Source: Pseudomonadota bacterium
GTDB taxonomy: Bacteria > UBA10199 > 2-02-FULL-44-16 > JAAZCA01
NCBI GenBank assembly: GCA_043822785.1
Contig: JBDRBN010000115.1
Location: 1 to 28,802 of the forward strand
DNA length: 28,802 nt
Direction of reading: 5' to 3'
In this document: positions 1 through 8,323 of the stretch, one piece after another
Layout: each line of letters starts with the position of its first letter
How positions within the stretch are numbered: position 1 is the stretch's first letter
Notes under the pieces: model-generated
What the model saw: the letters and a program-made list of their open reading frames with translations, nothing else
Told to the model about the DNA's origin: nothing
The model's database searches: none
Made by a program: the position numbers and the translations under genes

Positions 1-3
1 AAA

Positions 4-72
4 GCGAAGCAATCCCCTTATAACCTGTGTTTGCGGGAGATTGCTTCGTCGCTAAACGCTCCTCGCAATGAC
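4..72. repeat. REP-like palindromic element (type A), truncated by window start
   Basis: CGAAGCAATC (5-14) is the reverse complement of GATTGCTTCG (39-48), followed by TCGCT...CCTCGCAATGAC; resembles the widespread intergenic 'GCGAAGCAATC/CTCGCAATGAC' repeats. Confidence 0.7.
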
Positions 73-236
73 ACCTAGACATGAGAAAAATGAATTCTTA
101 TATTTCAACCAGTTAACACCTCTAACGCGACAGCAGTGAGATTTCGATATTCGAATTTAAGTTGCGATATTAAGTGATTCTGCCTAAAGGGCTTGAAGTT
201 TTGAAATTGTTTTAAGCTCCTTAATGACAAATCATT

Positions 237-312
237 GGTCCCGTAGCTCAGAGGATAGAGCACCTGCCTCCTAAGCAGGGGGTCGCAGGTTCGATTCCTG
301 CCGGGATCGCCA
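237..312 (+). tRNA. tRNA-Arg (anticodon CCT)
   Basis: Acceptor stem GGTCCCG/CGGGATC, D arm TAGCTCAGAGGATAGAGC, anticodon stem CCTGC/GCAGG with loop CTCCTAA, T loop GGTTCGATTCC, encoded CCA end; 76 nt. Confidence 0.96.
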
Positions 313-318
313 AGAAAA

Positions 319-969
319 ATGAACATCCCATTCTTCCCAAACACCGGTGATGGCACGCACTGTTTTCAGGCTGCCATGAAAATGGCGCTGGCTAAACTTT
401 TGCCTGAGCGCGAGTTTTCCTATGAGGAGCTGGATCGCATCTCGCTCAAGCTACCAGGGCGCTGGACCTGGCCGACCGCGGCAATGCTTTGGATGATTGA
501 GAAGGGGCTTGAAGTAAAGCTCATCGAGCAATTCGATTATGCTGATTTTGCTAAGCGCGGTGGCGAGTACCTGATCGAGCGCTATGGCAAAGAAGTTGGG
601 GGGGCTCAGATAGAACACAGCGATGTGGAGTTTGAGCGCGATATCTCGCTTCGCTTTTCCAAGATAGCTCCTATCGAATTAAGACCCGCTTATCTCGAGG
701 ACCTTCAAAAAGAAATGGCTCGAGGCGCTGTAGTGATAGTGAATCTGAACGCCTGTGTGCTTCAGGACCAGGAAGGTTACTCAGGGCACTTTGTCGTGAT
801 GTGCGATATTGGTGATAAAGAGATCAGGCTACACGATCCTGGCTTTCCTCCAATGCCCAATGTCATCGTGCCTGTGGATCGCTTTATTAAGGCCTGGGCA
901 TACCCCACGGCGTGCGACAGAAATCTGCTCTCCATAAGCTGTCCTACTGATTTTGTGTTCAAGGAATAA
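319..969 (+). CDS. Peptidase C39-like (papain-fold cysteine peptidase) family protein
   Basis: 216 aa; N-terminal 'HCFQAAMKMAL' (candidate catalytic Cys), 'GHFVV' and 'HDP' motifs in the C39-like Cys-His-Asp order. Confidence 0.7.
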   Translation: MNIPFFPNTGDGTHCFQAAMKMALAKLLPEREFSYEELDRISLKLPGRWTWPTAAMLWMIEKGLEVKLIEQFDYADFAKRGGEYLIERYGKEVGGAQIEHSDVEFERDISLRFSKIAPIELRPAYLEDLQKEMARGAVVIVNLNACVLQDQEGYSGHFVVMCDIGDKEIRLHDPGFPPMPNVIVPVDRFIKAWAYPTACDRNLLSISCPTDFVFKE

Positions 970-974
970 TACAA

Positions 975-1040
975 CTGTCAGCAACCCTTCGACTCGCGCT
1001 GCCTGTCCTGAGCAACGTCGAAGGGCTCGCTCAGGGCAGG
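975..1040. repeat. REP-like palindromic element (type B), nested
   Basis: CCCTTCGAC (985-993)/GTCGAAGGG (1017-1025) and CCTGTCCTGAGC (1002-1013)/GCTCAGGGCAGG (1029-1040); related copy at 14810-14863. Confidence 0.75.
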
Positions 1041-1087
1041 CGCGAGAAACGCCAGCAACGCAAGAAACGTGTCTCGCGTGTCTCGCA
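1041..1087. repeat. 9-mer tandem repeat (NGCGAGA[A/C]A), inverted arrays
   Basis: cgcgagaaa-cgccagcaa-cgcaagaaa-cg-tgtctcgcg-tgtctcgca. Confidence 0.8.
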
Positions 1088-1115
1088 ATTATTGATAGCT
1101 GTTATAAATTGCCTC

Positions 1116-1144
1116 TTGACACCCCGCGGATGCGTTGCTAATTT
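1116..1144 (+). promoter_or_regulatory. sigma70-type promoter for the IHF/HU gene
   Basis: TTGACA (1116-1121)-N17-TAATTT (1139-1144) with extended TG. Confidence 0.6.
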
Positions 1145-1180
1145 CCTGAGTGAAATCGATAGATTACATGGGGGTGGGCG

Positions 1181-1459
1181 ATGAACAAATCAGAACTCAT
1201 CGAATCGGTCGCGACCAAAGCAAAGGTCACCAAGAAGAGGGCTGAAGATGTCGTCAACCTTATATTTGATTTGATGGTCGACGCAATTGTGCGCGGAGAT
1301 AGAATTGAAATCAGGGGACTTGGTAGCTTTGTGGTAAAGGAGTATGGCTCTTACACAGGGCGTAATCCGCGTACAGGCGAATCAATTAAAGTAAAGCCTA
1401 AGCGTCTTCCGTTTTTTAAGGTCGGCAAAGAGTTAAAGGAACGCGTTGACAAAAAATAA
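1181..1459 (+). CDS. ihfB: Integration host factor beta-like / HU family DNA-binding protein
   Basis: MNKSELI, RIEIRGLGSF, GRNPRTGE, PFFKVGKELKERV motifs; 92 aa. Confidence 0.85.
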   Translation: MNKSELIESVATKAKVTKKRAEDVVNLIFDLMVDAIVRGDRIEIRGLGSFVVKEYGSYTGRNPRTGESIKVKPKRLPFFKVGKELKERVDKK

Positions 1460-1495
1460 AACCCGCTCGTGCCAGAGCATTTAAGGAGGATATCT

Positions 1496-2611
1496 ATGTG
1501 TAACAGGCACGAGCGCGTTTTTTTATTGGCTCTCCAAAAACTGTTTTTTCGCTATCCACTCATCGCTAGAACGCTTTTAGACGATTGTGGCTCTGCCCAA
1601 AAAGTTTTTCAGGACAAAAGGCATAAGTTGCGCCCTCATTTTGGAAGATACGATGATCTGTGGCAGCGATTCCTCGAGTTTGATGACTGGAAAAATATAG
1701 AAGAATCATTGCGCACGGCCCAGCGTCTTGGCGCTAAGATCATAGGTTTAAAGGATCCATCATATCCATCCATCCTTCGGCAAATTCATGATCCACCACC
1801 AGTCATTATAGCAATAGGCAAAGGCATTGATGCGCTTGGTGCGCCAGCTGTAGCAATCGTGGGCGCGCGAAAAGCGAGCCAGCACGGCCTTAATACTGCA
1901 GCCTCCATTGCAGAAGGGCTTGCATCTAGGGGTGTTGTGGTCGTAAGCGGCATGGCCCATGGCATTGATGCTTCTGCGCATCGGGGCGCGATCTCTGCGC
2001 GCGGTTCCACCATCGCGGTGTTTGGCTGCGGCCCAGATATAATCTATCCACCATGGCATAAGAATCTTGCCACACAAATAATGGACAGTGGATTGCTCGT
2101 CTCTGAATTTCCACCCGGTGAAGAGCCGTTTAAATCCAATTTTCCACAGCGCAATCGCATAATCAGCGGTTTATCCATTGCGACCGTCATCGTTGAAGCG
2201 CGCGACAGAAGCGGCAGCCTCATAACTGCGCGGTTTGCGCTAGAACAAAATAGAGAAGTGTTTGCAGTGCCAGGCCCGGCAGGCACCCAGCTTGCTTGCG
2301 GCACCAACAGGCTCATTCGCCAGGGAGCAGCACTAATTGAGAGCGCAGATGACGTGATCGAAATCTTAAAACCCCTTGTTAACAAAGGTGCTTTTTCTGA
2401 AAAGTCTGGACATTTTAAAAACGATACTGATATGGAGTCACAACTTTTGAGTCTGCTTCCCTGCCGCGGGAGCAAGGGCATAGATGAAATAGTCTTGGAA
2501 ACAAAAATTTCTGTACACGAATTACTGGGGATGCTCACAAAGCTTTCAATGCAAGGAAAGGTGAAAGAGCTGCCTGGCTGCCGCTGGAAGATTAAGGAGA
2601 ACAATGGCTAA
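1496..2611 (+). CDS. dprA: DNA-processing protein DprA (Smf)
   Basis: AIVGAR, VVSGMAHGIDASAHRGA, FPQRNRIISGLS, SGSLITARFALEQNREVFAVPG; ATG 1496 follows AAGGAGG; upstream of topA. Confidence 0.95.
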   Translation: MCNRHERVFLLALQKLFFRYPLIARTLLDDCGSAQKVFQDKRHKLRPHFGRYDDLWQRFLEFDDWKNIEESLRTAQRLGAKIIGLKDPSYPSILRQIHDPPPVIIAIGKGIDALGAPAVAIVGARKASQHGLNTAASIAEGLASRGVVVVSGMAHGIDASAHRGAISARGSTIAVFGCGPDIIYPPWHKNLATQIMDSGLLVSEFPPGEEPFKSNFPQRNRIISGLSIATVIVEARDRSGSLITARFALEQNREVFAVPGPAGTQLACGTNRLIRQGAALIESADDVIEILKPLVNKGAFSEKSGHFKNDTDMESQLLSLLPCRGSKGIDEIVLETKISVHELLGMLTKLSMQGKVKELPGCRWKIKENNG

Positions 2612-4862
2612 CGCTTTGGTAATTGTAGAGTCGCCTGCAAAGGCCAAGACCATAAAGAAGTATTTGGGTAGGGGCTATTCTGTAATGGCTTCGGTAGGTC
2701 ACGTGGTGGATCTTCCAGAGCGTGATTTAGGCGTGGATATCGAAAAGAATTTTACTCCGAAGTATGTGGTGATTAGGGGCAAGGCAAAGGTCTTCAAGAA
2801 GATCACTGATGCTGCAAAGTCATCTGATGCCGTGTTTTTGGCAACAGACCCTGACCGTGAGGGCGAAGCAATTGCATGGCATATTGCCGAGCGCATACGC
2901 CGTGCAGGCAAAAAAGGCTTGCGAATTCACCGCGCTCTTTTCAATGAGATCACTGCCAGTGCTGTGAAAAAAGCCATAGAAGATCCTTCTGAACTTGATC
3001 ACAATCTTTTTGAAGCCCAGCAGGCACGCCGTATTCTAGATAGACTAGTGGGTTATCGCATAAGCCCGCTTTTGTGGGAAAAGGTACGCCGCGGTCTTTC
3101 TGCAGGCAGGGTGCAGTCGGTTGCAGTGCGCATAGTGTGCGAGCGCGAGGACGAGATCAATGCGTTTAAGACTACAGAGTATTGGTCTATTGTCGCAAAC
3201 CTTGAGGGTTCAAAACCGCCTCCGTTTGAGGCCAAGCTAATCAAGATCGAAGGCAAGGATGTTTCAATAGGCGAGGGCGACACGGCAAATGCAATCGCCA
3301 AAGAGATAAGCGATGAGACTATAAAGCTTGCGCAGATAAAAAAGAAAGAACGCAAACGCCATCCATCTCCGCCTTTTACTACATCCAAATTGCAGCAAGA
3401 GGCGGCAAGAAAGCTTGGTTTTACTGCAAAGAGGACAATGGCTTTAGCACAGATGCTCTACGAGGGAGTGGATCTGGGCGATGAAGGGTCGGTGGGCCTC
3501 ATCACATATATGCGCACCGACTCGGTTCGGGTAGCAGCTTCCGCACTTGAGGATGTGCGCGGTTTTATAAAAGATCGCTTTGGCAGTGAATCGCTTCCTG
3601 AAAAGCCCGTATTCTACAAAGGCAAAAAGGGCGCTCAGGAAGCGCACGAAGCAGTGCGCCCCACGTCGTGCGCTTATCCGCCGGAGGCCGTTCAGAAATA
3701 TCTTAAGAAAGATGCGTTCAGGCTATACGATCTGATATGGAAGCGCTTTGTGGCATCGCAGATGAAGCCGGCGCTGTTTGATCAAACATCATTTGATATC
3801 GAGGCAGGAAGGTTTTTACTCAGGGCCACAGGTCAAGTGATGAAATTCCCGGGGTTCATCGCTGTGTACATAGAGGGCGAAGACGAAATTAAAGAGAAGG
3901 ACGAAGAAGAAAATCCGGCGCTGCCCGATCTTTCTGAAGGCGAAGAGCTTAAGCTTCTAGGCATCGAGCCAAACCAACACTTTACCCAACCACCGCCGCA
4001 CTTTACTGAAGCCTCGCTCGTAAAGGAGCTAGAAGAAAAGGGCATAGGTCGGCCGTCCACATACGCTTCCATCATGAGCACTATTCAGGACAAGGGTTAT
4101 GTGCGAAAGATCGAAAACCGTTTTCATCCTTCAGAGCTGGGCAAGCTCGTAAACGAACTATTGGTAATAAGTTTTCCCAAGGTGCTCGACATAGGTTTTA
4201 CCGCACAGATGGAAAACGAGCTGGATGAGATAGAAGAGGGCAGGCGCGGCTGGGTGGCCACTTTGAAGGATTTTTATGGTCCATTCGAAGAAGCGCTTTT
4301 GACTGCGCGCAAGAAGATGCGCGATGTCAAACGCGAGGCTGTGGAAACTGATATTGCCTGCGATAAGTGCGGCAACAAGATGGTAATAAAGTGGGGCCGT
4401 CATGGTGAATTCTTAGCATGTTCAAATTATCCTGAGTGTCGTAACACTAAAGAATTCGACAAAACTGAGGATGGCTCAATAAAGATTCGTGAAGCTGAAA
4501 TCACTGATGAAAAGTGTGATCTGTGCGGAAGCCCCATGATAATAAGAAGGGGAAAGTACGGAGAATTTCTTGCATGCTCTCGATATCCAGAGTGCAAGGG
4601 CACGCGCTCTGTAGGAACCGGCGTCAATTGCCCTGAGTGTAAGCAAGGTAATTTGGTTCAGAAACAAAGTCGCCGGGGCAAGCTGTTTTATGGCTGCGAT
4701 CGATATCCTAATTGTAAGTTCGCCCTGTGGGATAAACCTATTGCCGAAAAATGTCCTGAGTGCGGCAGTGCAATTCTAGTGGAGAAGTATTCCAAGAAGA
4801 CCGGCGAGACTTACAAAGCGTGTCCAAATAAAGGATGCAGCTATAAAAGTCGTAATTCTTGA
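2604..4862 (+). CDS. topA: DNA topoisomerase I
   Basis: LVIVESPAKAKTI, ATDPDREGEAI, SAGRVQS, LITYMRTDS, C-terminal Cys zinc-ribbon repeats. Confidence 0.98.
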   Translation: MANALVIVESPAKAKTIKKYLGRGYSVMASVGHVVDLPERDLGVDIEKNFTPKYVVIRGKAKVFKKITDAAKSSDAVFLATDPDREGEAIAWHIAERIRRAGKKGLRIHRALFNEITASAVKKAIEDPSELDHNLFEAQQARRILDRLVGYRISPLLWEKVRRGLSAGRVQSVAVRIVCEREDEINAFKTTEYWSIVANLEGSKPPPFEAKLIKIEGKDVSIGEGDTANAIAKEISDETIKLAQIKKKERKRHPSPPFTTSKLQQEAARKLGFTAKRTMALAQMLYEGVDLGDEGSVGLITYMRTDSVRVAASALEDVRGFIKDRFGSESLPEKPVFYKGKKGAQEAHEAVRPTSCAYPPEAVQKYLKKDAFRLYDLIWKRFVASQMKPALFDQTSFDIEAGRFLLRATGQVMKFPGFIAVYIEGEDEIKEKDEEENPALPDLSEGEELKLLGIEPNQHFTQPPPHFTEASLVKELEEKGIGRPSTYASIMSTIQDKGYVRKIENRFHPSELGKLVNELLVISFPKVLDIGFTAQMENELDEIEEGRRGWVATLKDFYGPFEEALLTARKKMRDVKREAVETDIACDKCGNKMVIKWGRHGEFLACSNYPECRNTKEFDKTEDGSIKIREAEITDEKCDLCGSPMIIRRGKYGEFLACSRYPECKGTRSVGTGVNCPECKQGNLVQKQSRRGKLFYGCDRYPNCKFALWDKPIAEKCPECGSAILVEKYSKKTGETYKACPNKGCSYKSRNS

Positions 4863-4895
4863 CTGGTAACTGATTACTGGTCACTGATCACTGAG
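4861..4895. repeat. 7-mer tandem repeat (NACTG[A/G]T) x5
   Basis: gactggt-aactgat-tactggt-cactgat-cactgag; overlaps the stop codons of both convergent genes. Confidence 0.8.
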
Positions 4896-5873
4896 ATTAA
4901 CTATCCTAATTGATTCTATATCTCCAAAATCGCCGGCGCGTTTTAGCGCTACCTCGAAGCCTAGATTGATCTTGCCTGCCGTGGCTGTAAATATGAGCGA
5001 CTGTTCACCATCAATAGCCTTGCCGCCCTTGAGGACTGTGTAGCGCATCACATATGCGCCTCCCTCTTTGCGTTTGACCGAATACTTTAGAACTATTGGA
5101 ATTCCTTTGCCGCCTTCGAACAAAAGGGTGCGCCTTTCGTGGGTATATCTATCACCGGTGACGCGCAATCTGAGGTTGATAGTTGCGAAGGATTTTCTAA
5201 GACGAAACCCGCCGACTGGATCGCTTGAGCTAGTCGATTTGTCTGAGTCATTAGGTTTTGCTGGTTGATCCGATTCCTTTTTGTGCTTTGGCTGGTCTTC
5301 AGATATCTTTCTTTCATAGCCCATGCTTGCTAGGGTGGTGGCTATCTCCACACACGATTTTTGATCGGCTGCCTTGATTGAGCCAACAGTTGTGAAAAGC
5401 CTATATGGACCTTTGGGCTTTGTCATGCAGATGTTCACGTACTCATTGCATGCCTTGTTCATTTTCGTATCCGTGTTTCCAATGCTTTTGCATTCATCAT
5501 ACTGAGTTACCGGTGCAGGTGAGTTCGGGGGTGCAGTATCATTTGGCTTATCAGAGTTGCTTGGCTCTGGCTTGCTTGCTTTGGGTTGATTTCTAGCCTT
5601 TGGTTTGGGAGTTTTAGCTGGTTTTACTTTGTAGCTCACTAATTTGTAATTCATGCTAGCAAGCGTTACTGCTGTGCTCTTGCAAGAGTCCTGCTCTTTC
5701 AAGGTAATTGGGCCTGCATCGGTAACAAGGGTGTAAGTGCCTGCTGGCTCTGATAAGCACACGTCGATCATTTTCCTGCATGTATTGTTATTGGTGCTTC
5801 CAGGTTTGCCAGCCTCCTCACACGCGTTGTAGGCTTGGGCGGAGTCGTTTTTTGGGCTTACTTTTTCGGCCAT
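4881..5873 (-). CDS. Hypothetical protein with two tandem 4-Cys domains
   Basis: 330 aa ORF with RBS AAAGGA; internal duplication aa15-76 / aa125-186, both C-x13-C-x6-C-x24-C ending TLASM.Y; Pro/Lys-rich linkers. Confidence 0.8.
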   Translation of the reverse strand: MAEKVSPKNDSAQAYNACEEAGKPGSTNNNTCRKMIDVCLSEPAGTYTLVTDAGPITLKEQDSCKSTAVTLASMNYKLVSYKVKPAKTPKPKARNQPKASKPEPSNSDKPNDTAPPNSPAPVTQYDECKSIGNTDTKMNKACNEYVNICMTKPKGPYRLFTTVGSIKAADQKSCVEIATTLASMGYERKISEDQPKHKKESDQPAKPNDSDKSTSSSDPVGGFRLRKSFATINLRLRVTGDRYTHERRTLLFEGGKGIPIVLKYSVKRKEGGAYVMRYTVLKGGKAIDGEQSLIFTATAGKINLGFEVALKRAGDFGDIESIRIVNLSDQ

Positions 5874-5904
5874 CTGAATCAGTCCTTTCTCAAGAGTAGC
5901 TGCT

Positions 5905-5933
5905 TTATCGGCCCATTACGCCAAAAGTTGCGT
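5905..5933 (-). promoter_or_regulatory. Putative sigma28-like promoter for the 4-Cys-domain gene
   Basis: Minus strand ACGCAAC-N14-GCCGATAA; GCCGATAA is the canonical FliA -10 element. Confidence 0.65.
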
Positions 5934-5985
5934 GCTTTTGCATTACGCACTGTGCCTTAACTTAATGAAAAAAATCACAGAAAGT

Positions 5986-6014
5986 ACGCAACATTATAAA
6001 GGATAAGTCGAAAA
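5986..6014 (+). promoter_or_regulatory. Putative sigma28-like promoter for the Asp-rich surface protein gene
   Basis: Plus strand ACGCAAC (5986-5992)-N14-GTCGAAAA (6007-6014); same motif and spacing as the divergent copy. Confidence 0.55.
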
Positions 6015-6018
6015 GGGT

Positions 6019-7170
6019 GTGATGGCTATTTATATGGAAAAGATCATTAACTTTACCATTAGGTTTCTGGCGATAGTTTGTCTATCTGCTGTCTTAACAG
6101 CAACGGCTGCTAAGACCGCGCATTGTGTAGATTACCATAAATTTCCTTTAACTCCTCTTCCTCAAGCTACCTGCGATGAGGATAGCGATAGCGATGGGCT
6201 TATGGACTGTGAAGAGGATGTAAATAAAAATGGTGTGTGGGATGAAAACCTGGGCGAGACAGATTTTCAAAATGCAGATACGGATGGCGACGGCCTGCTC
6301 GATGGAGAGGAGGGCGATCGCGATGGCGATGGCGAGCTGGGTCCTGATGAGTCGGATCCGCTTTTAGCCGATACTGACGGGGACGGAGTTGAAGACGGAG
6401 ATGAAGCCAGGGCAGGCACTTTGCGAAACACCTGTGATACTGATGAGGACGGCCTTTCCGACGGCGTGGAAATGGGGGCAATTGGGCCGGACGATGTGAA
6501 CGGATGCCACGGCCTGCAGGCAGCGGGCACCAACTTTCATAATCCCTATGCCCTAGATCCGCTCAATCCCGATTCAGATGCCGATGGCCTAAAGGATGGC
6601 GAAGAGGATTTAAATGGCAACGGATGGCTTGATCCGGATGACACTGATCCCACCAGGGTGGACACCGACCGCGACGGTATCGAAGATGGCGTAGAGGCGT
6701 TGGGCGATTTTGATGGCGATGGCATACCGGATTTCGACTATAAACTCGTGCAGGGCGAAGGCGATTGCCGTCCTCCCCAGAGCATATCTGATCTGGATTG
6801 CGATGGGGTTCCCAATGCGCGCGACGATGATTCAGATAACGACGGTTGTCCAGACGGGCTTGAGGGCAGCTGGCTTGATAGCAATGCCAATGGTATTCCA
6901 GACATATTTGACAACGAGGCAATGACCTGTCCTGAGCCCAGCGCAAATGGTGGGGGCGCAACCGGCGGGGGTACTTCGCAAGAACAAGGTGATTCATCTA
7001 CTTCAACAGGAGTTTCTATGTACTCTGCTGATGGCGCTGACGGAGCAGCTTGTTCTCTAAGCCTTTACTTGAACAAGACCGACTTTAGTCTATGTTATTT
7101 AAACTTTCTTTTATTTTTAGTTCTTGTTGGGTTTTTCACAAGGCCAAAGAAGCCAGCTCTAAATTCCTAA
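6019..7170 (+). CDS. Secreted/surface protein with Asp-rich calcium-binding (thrombospondin type 3-like) repeats and C-terminal Cys-TM-basic sorting signal; true start may be ATG 6022 or 6034
   Basis: Hydrophobic N-terminal signal ending near AHC; many DTDGDGxxDGxE repeats; Gly/Ser linker; C-terminal GAACSL...FLLFLVLVGFF-TRPKK. Confidence 0.8.
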   Translation: MMAIYMEKIINFTIRFLAIVCLSAVLTATAAKTAHCVDYHKFPLTPLPQATCDEDSDSDGLMDCEEDVNKNGVWDENLGETDFQNADTDGDGLLDGEEGDRDGDGELGPDESDPLLADTDGDGVEDGDEARAGTLRNTCDTDEDGLSDGVEMGAIGPDDVNGCHGLQAAGTNFHNPYALDPLNPDSDADGLKDGEEDLNGNGWLDPDDTDPTRVDTDRDGIEDGVEALGDFDGDGIPDFDYKLVQGEGDCRPPQSISDLDCDGVPNARDDDSDNDGCPDGLEGSWLDSNANGIPDIFDNEAMTCPEPSANGGGATGGGTSQEQGDSSTSTGVSMYSADGADGAACSLSLYLNKTDFSLCYLNFLLFLVLVGFFTRPKKPALNS

Positions 7171-7265
7171 TAACTCCATCCTTGATGCATCTCTTCTTAT
7201 GCGACAATCTAGTTGATCTTTAATAATAATTTTAGCAAAATAGCTAAAACTCTGGGGGAGGGAAT

Positions 7266-8171
7266 ATGCTAAAGCTCATCGAGCGATTTTCATCATATCT
7301 GCAATACGAAAAAGCTGCATCACCACACACCCACAAGAATTATCTAGTTGATTTACAACAGTTTTCAACTTTTCTCGAAGAAAAATTTCCTGGTATTTCA
7401 GAAAATGGCACAAAGCGCATATCTGAAGTGGATGCCACGGTCATAAGGGAATATGCAGGCAAGAGGTGGAGTGTGCTTAGCCCATCTTCCATGGCCAGAA
7501 AGCTGGCATCGCTCAGATCTTTTTTCAACTGCTGCATTCGTATGGGAATTTTAGAATCAAACCCTGCCAAAGAGGTAGCCACGCCAAAGATACCCAAGCG
7601 TTTGCCAAAATTTCTCACTGTGGATGAGGTGTTTGCGCTGCTGGATGCTGCAGCTGGCGTAGATGTTTTGGGCGCCAGGGATCGCGCCATACTTGAAATG
7701 CTCTATGCTTCTGGCTTGAGGGTGAGCGAGCTTGTAGGGCTTAATCTTGAGGATGCTAGTCTCAAAGCTCAGACCGTTCGCGTTTTGGGAAAAGGCCGCA
7801 AAGAGAGAATCGTGCCTATGGGAGAAAAGGCATGCGCTTCGCTTGTGATTTACTTAGAAAAAAGGTCATCGCTTTTGTCAAAAACATCAACTGAGCAGGG
7901 CCTGTTTTTAAATAGGCACGGAGGAAGGCTTACAGCCAGATCCATAGAGCGACTGCTCACCAAATACATCAGGCGCTGTGGCTTGCAAAAGACCGTAACC
8001 CCACACGTCCTAAGGCACACATTTGCCACACACCTTCTGGGCGCTGGCGCAGATATGCGCGGCATCCAAGAGCTTTTAGGCCATTCCAGCCTTTCAACCA
8101 CACAGAAATATACCCATGTTGGAATAGATAAGCTGATGCAGGCCTACGATGAGGCACATCCAAAGGCATAA
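7266..8171 (+). CDS. xerC: Tyrosine recombinase XerC
   Basis: SGLRVSEL, GKGRKER, HVLRHTFATHLL, LLGH, TQKYTHV; usual position upstream of hslVU. Confidence 0.92.
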   Translation: MLKLIERFSSYLQYEKAASPHTHKNYLVDLQQFSTFLEEKFPGISENGTKRISEVDATVIREYAGKRWSVLSPSSMARKLASLRSFFNCCIRMGILESNPAKEVATPKIPKRLPKFLTVDEVFALLDAAAGVDVLGARDRAILEMLYASGLRVSELVGLNLEDASLKAQTVRVLGKGRKERIVPMGEKACASLVIYLEKRSSLLSKTSTEQGLFLNRHGGRLTARSIERLLTKYIRRCGLQKTVTPHVLRHTFATHLLGAGADMRGIQELLGHSSLSTTQKYTHVGIDKLMQAYDEAHPKA

Positions 8172-8176
8172 AATCT

Positions 8177-8250
8177 AGCGAGAAAGGCGAGACACGCGAG
8201 AAAAGCGAGAAACGTTTCTCGCCTGTCTCGCATTTCTCGCTTGTCTCGCA
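8177..8250. repeat. 9-mer tandem repeat, 4 forward + 4 inverted units (hairpin)
   Basis: agcgagaaa-ggcgagaca-cgcgagaaa-agcgagaaa-cg-tttctcgcc-tgtctcgca-tttctcgct-tgtctcgca. Confidence 0.9.
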
Positions 8251-8323
8251 TGTTTAATAAACTTCCCTTGATTCTGCATACACCTGTGATGTATGGAGTG
8301 ATTTCTTTAAAAGGGGGCTACAG

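Noticed and set aside
105..356. 83-aa minus-strand ORF
   Set aside because: Antisense to tRNA-Arg; a typical tRNA shadow translation.
7266..8171. Tyrosine recombinase as a phage/island integrase
   Set aside because: Size, motifs and position in the topA-xerC-hslVU cluster indicate housekeeping XerC; no att sites or phage genes adjacent.
8177..8250. CRISPR array interpretation of the repeat arrays
   Set aside because: Units are 7-9 nt and contiguous with no unique spacers; no cas genes in the window.
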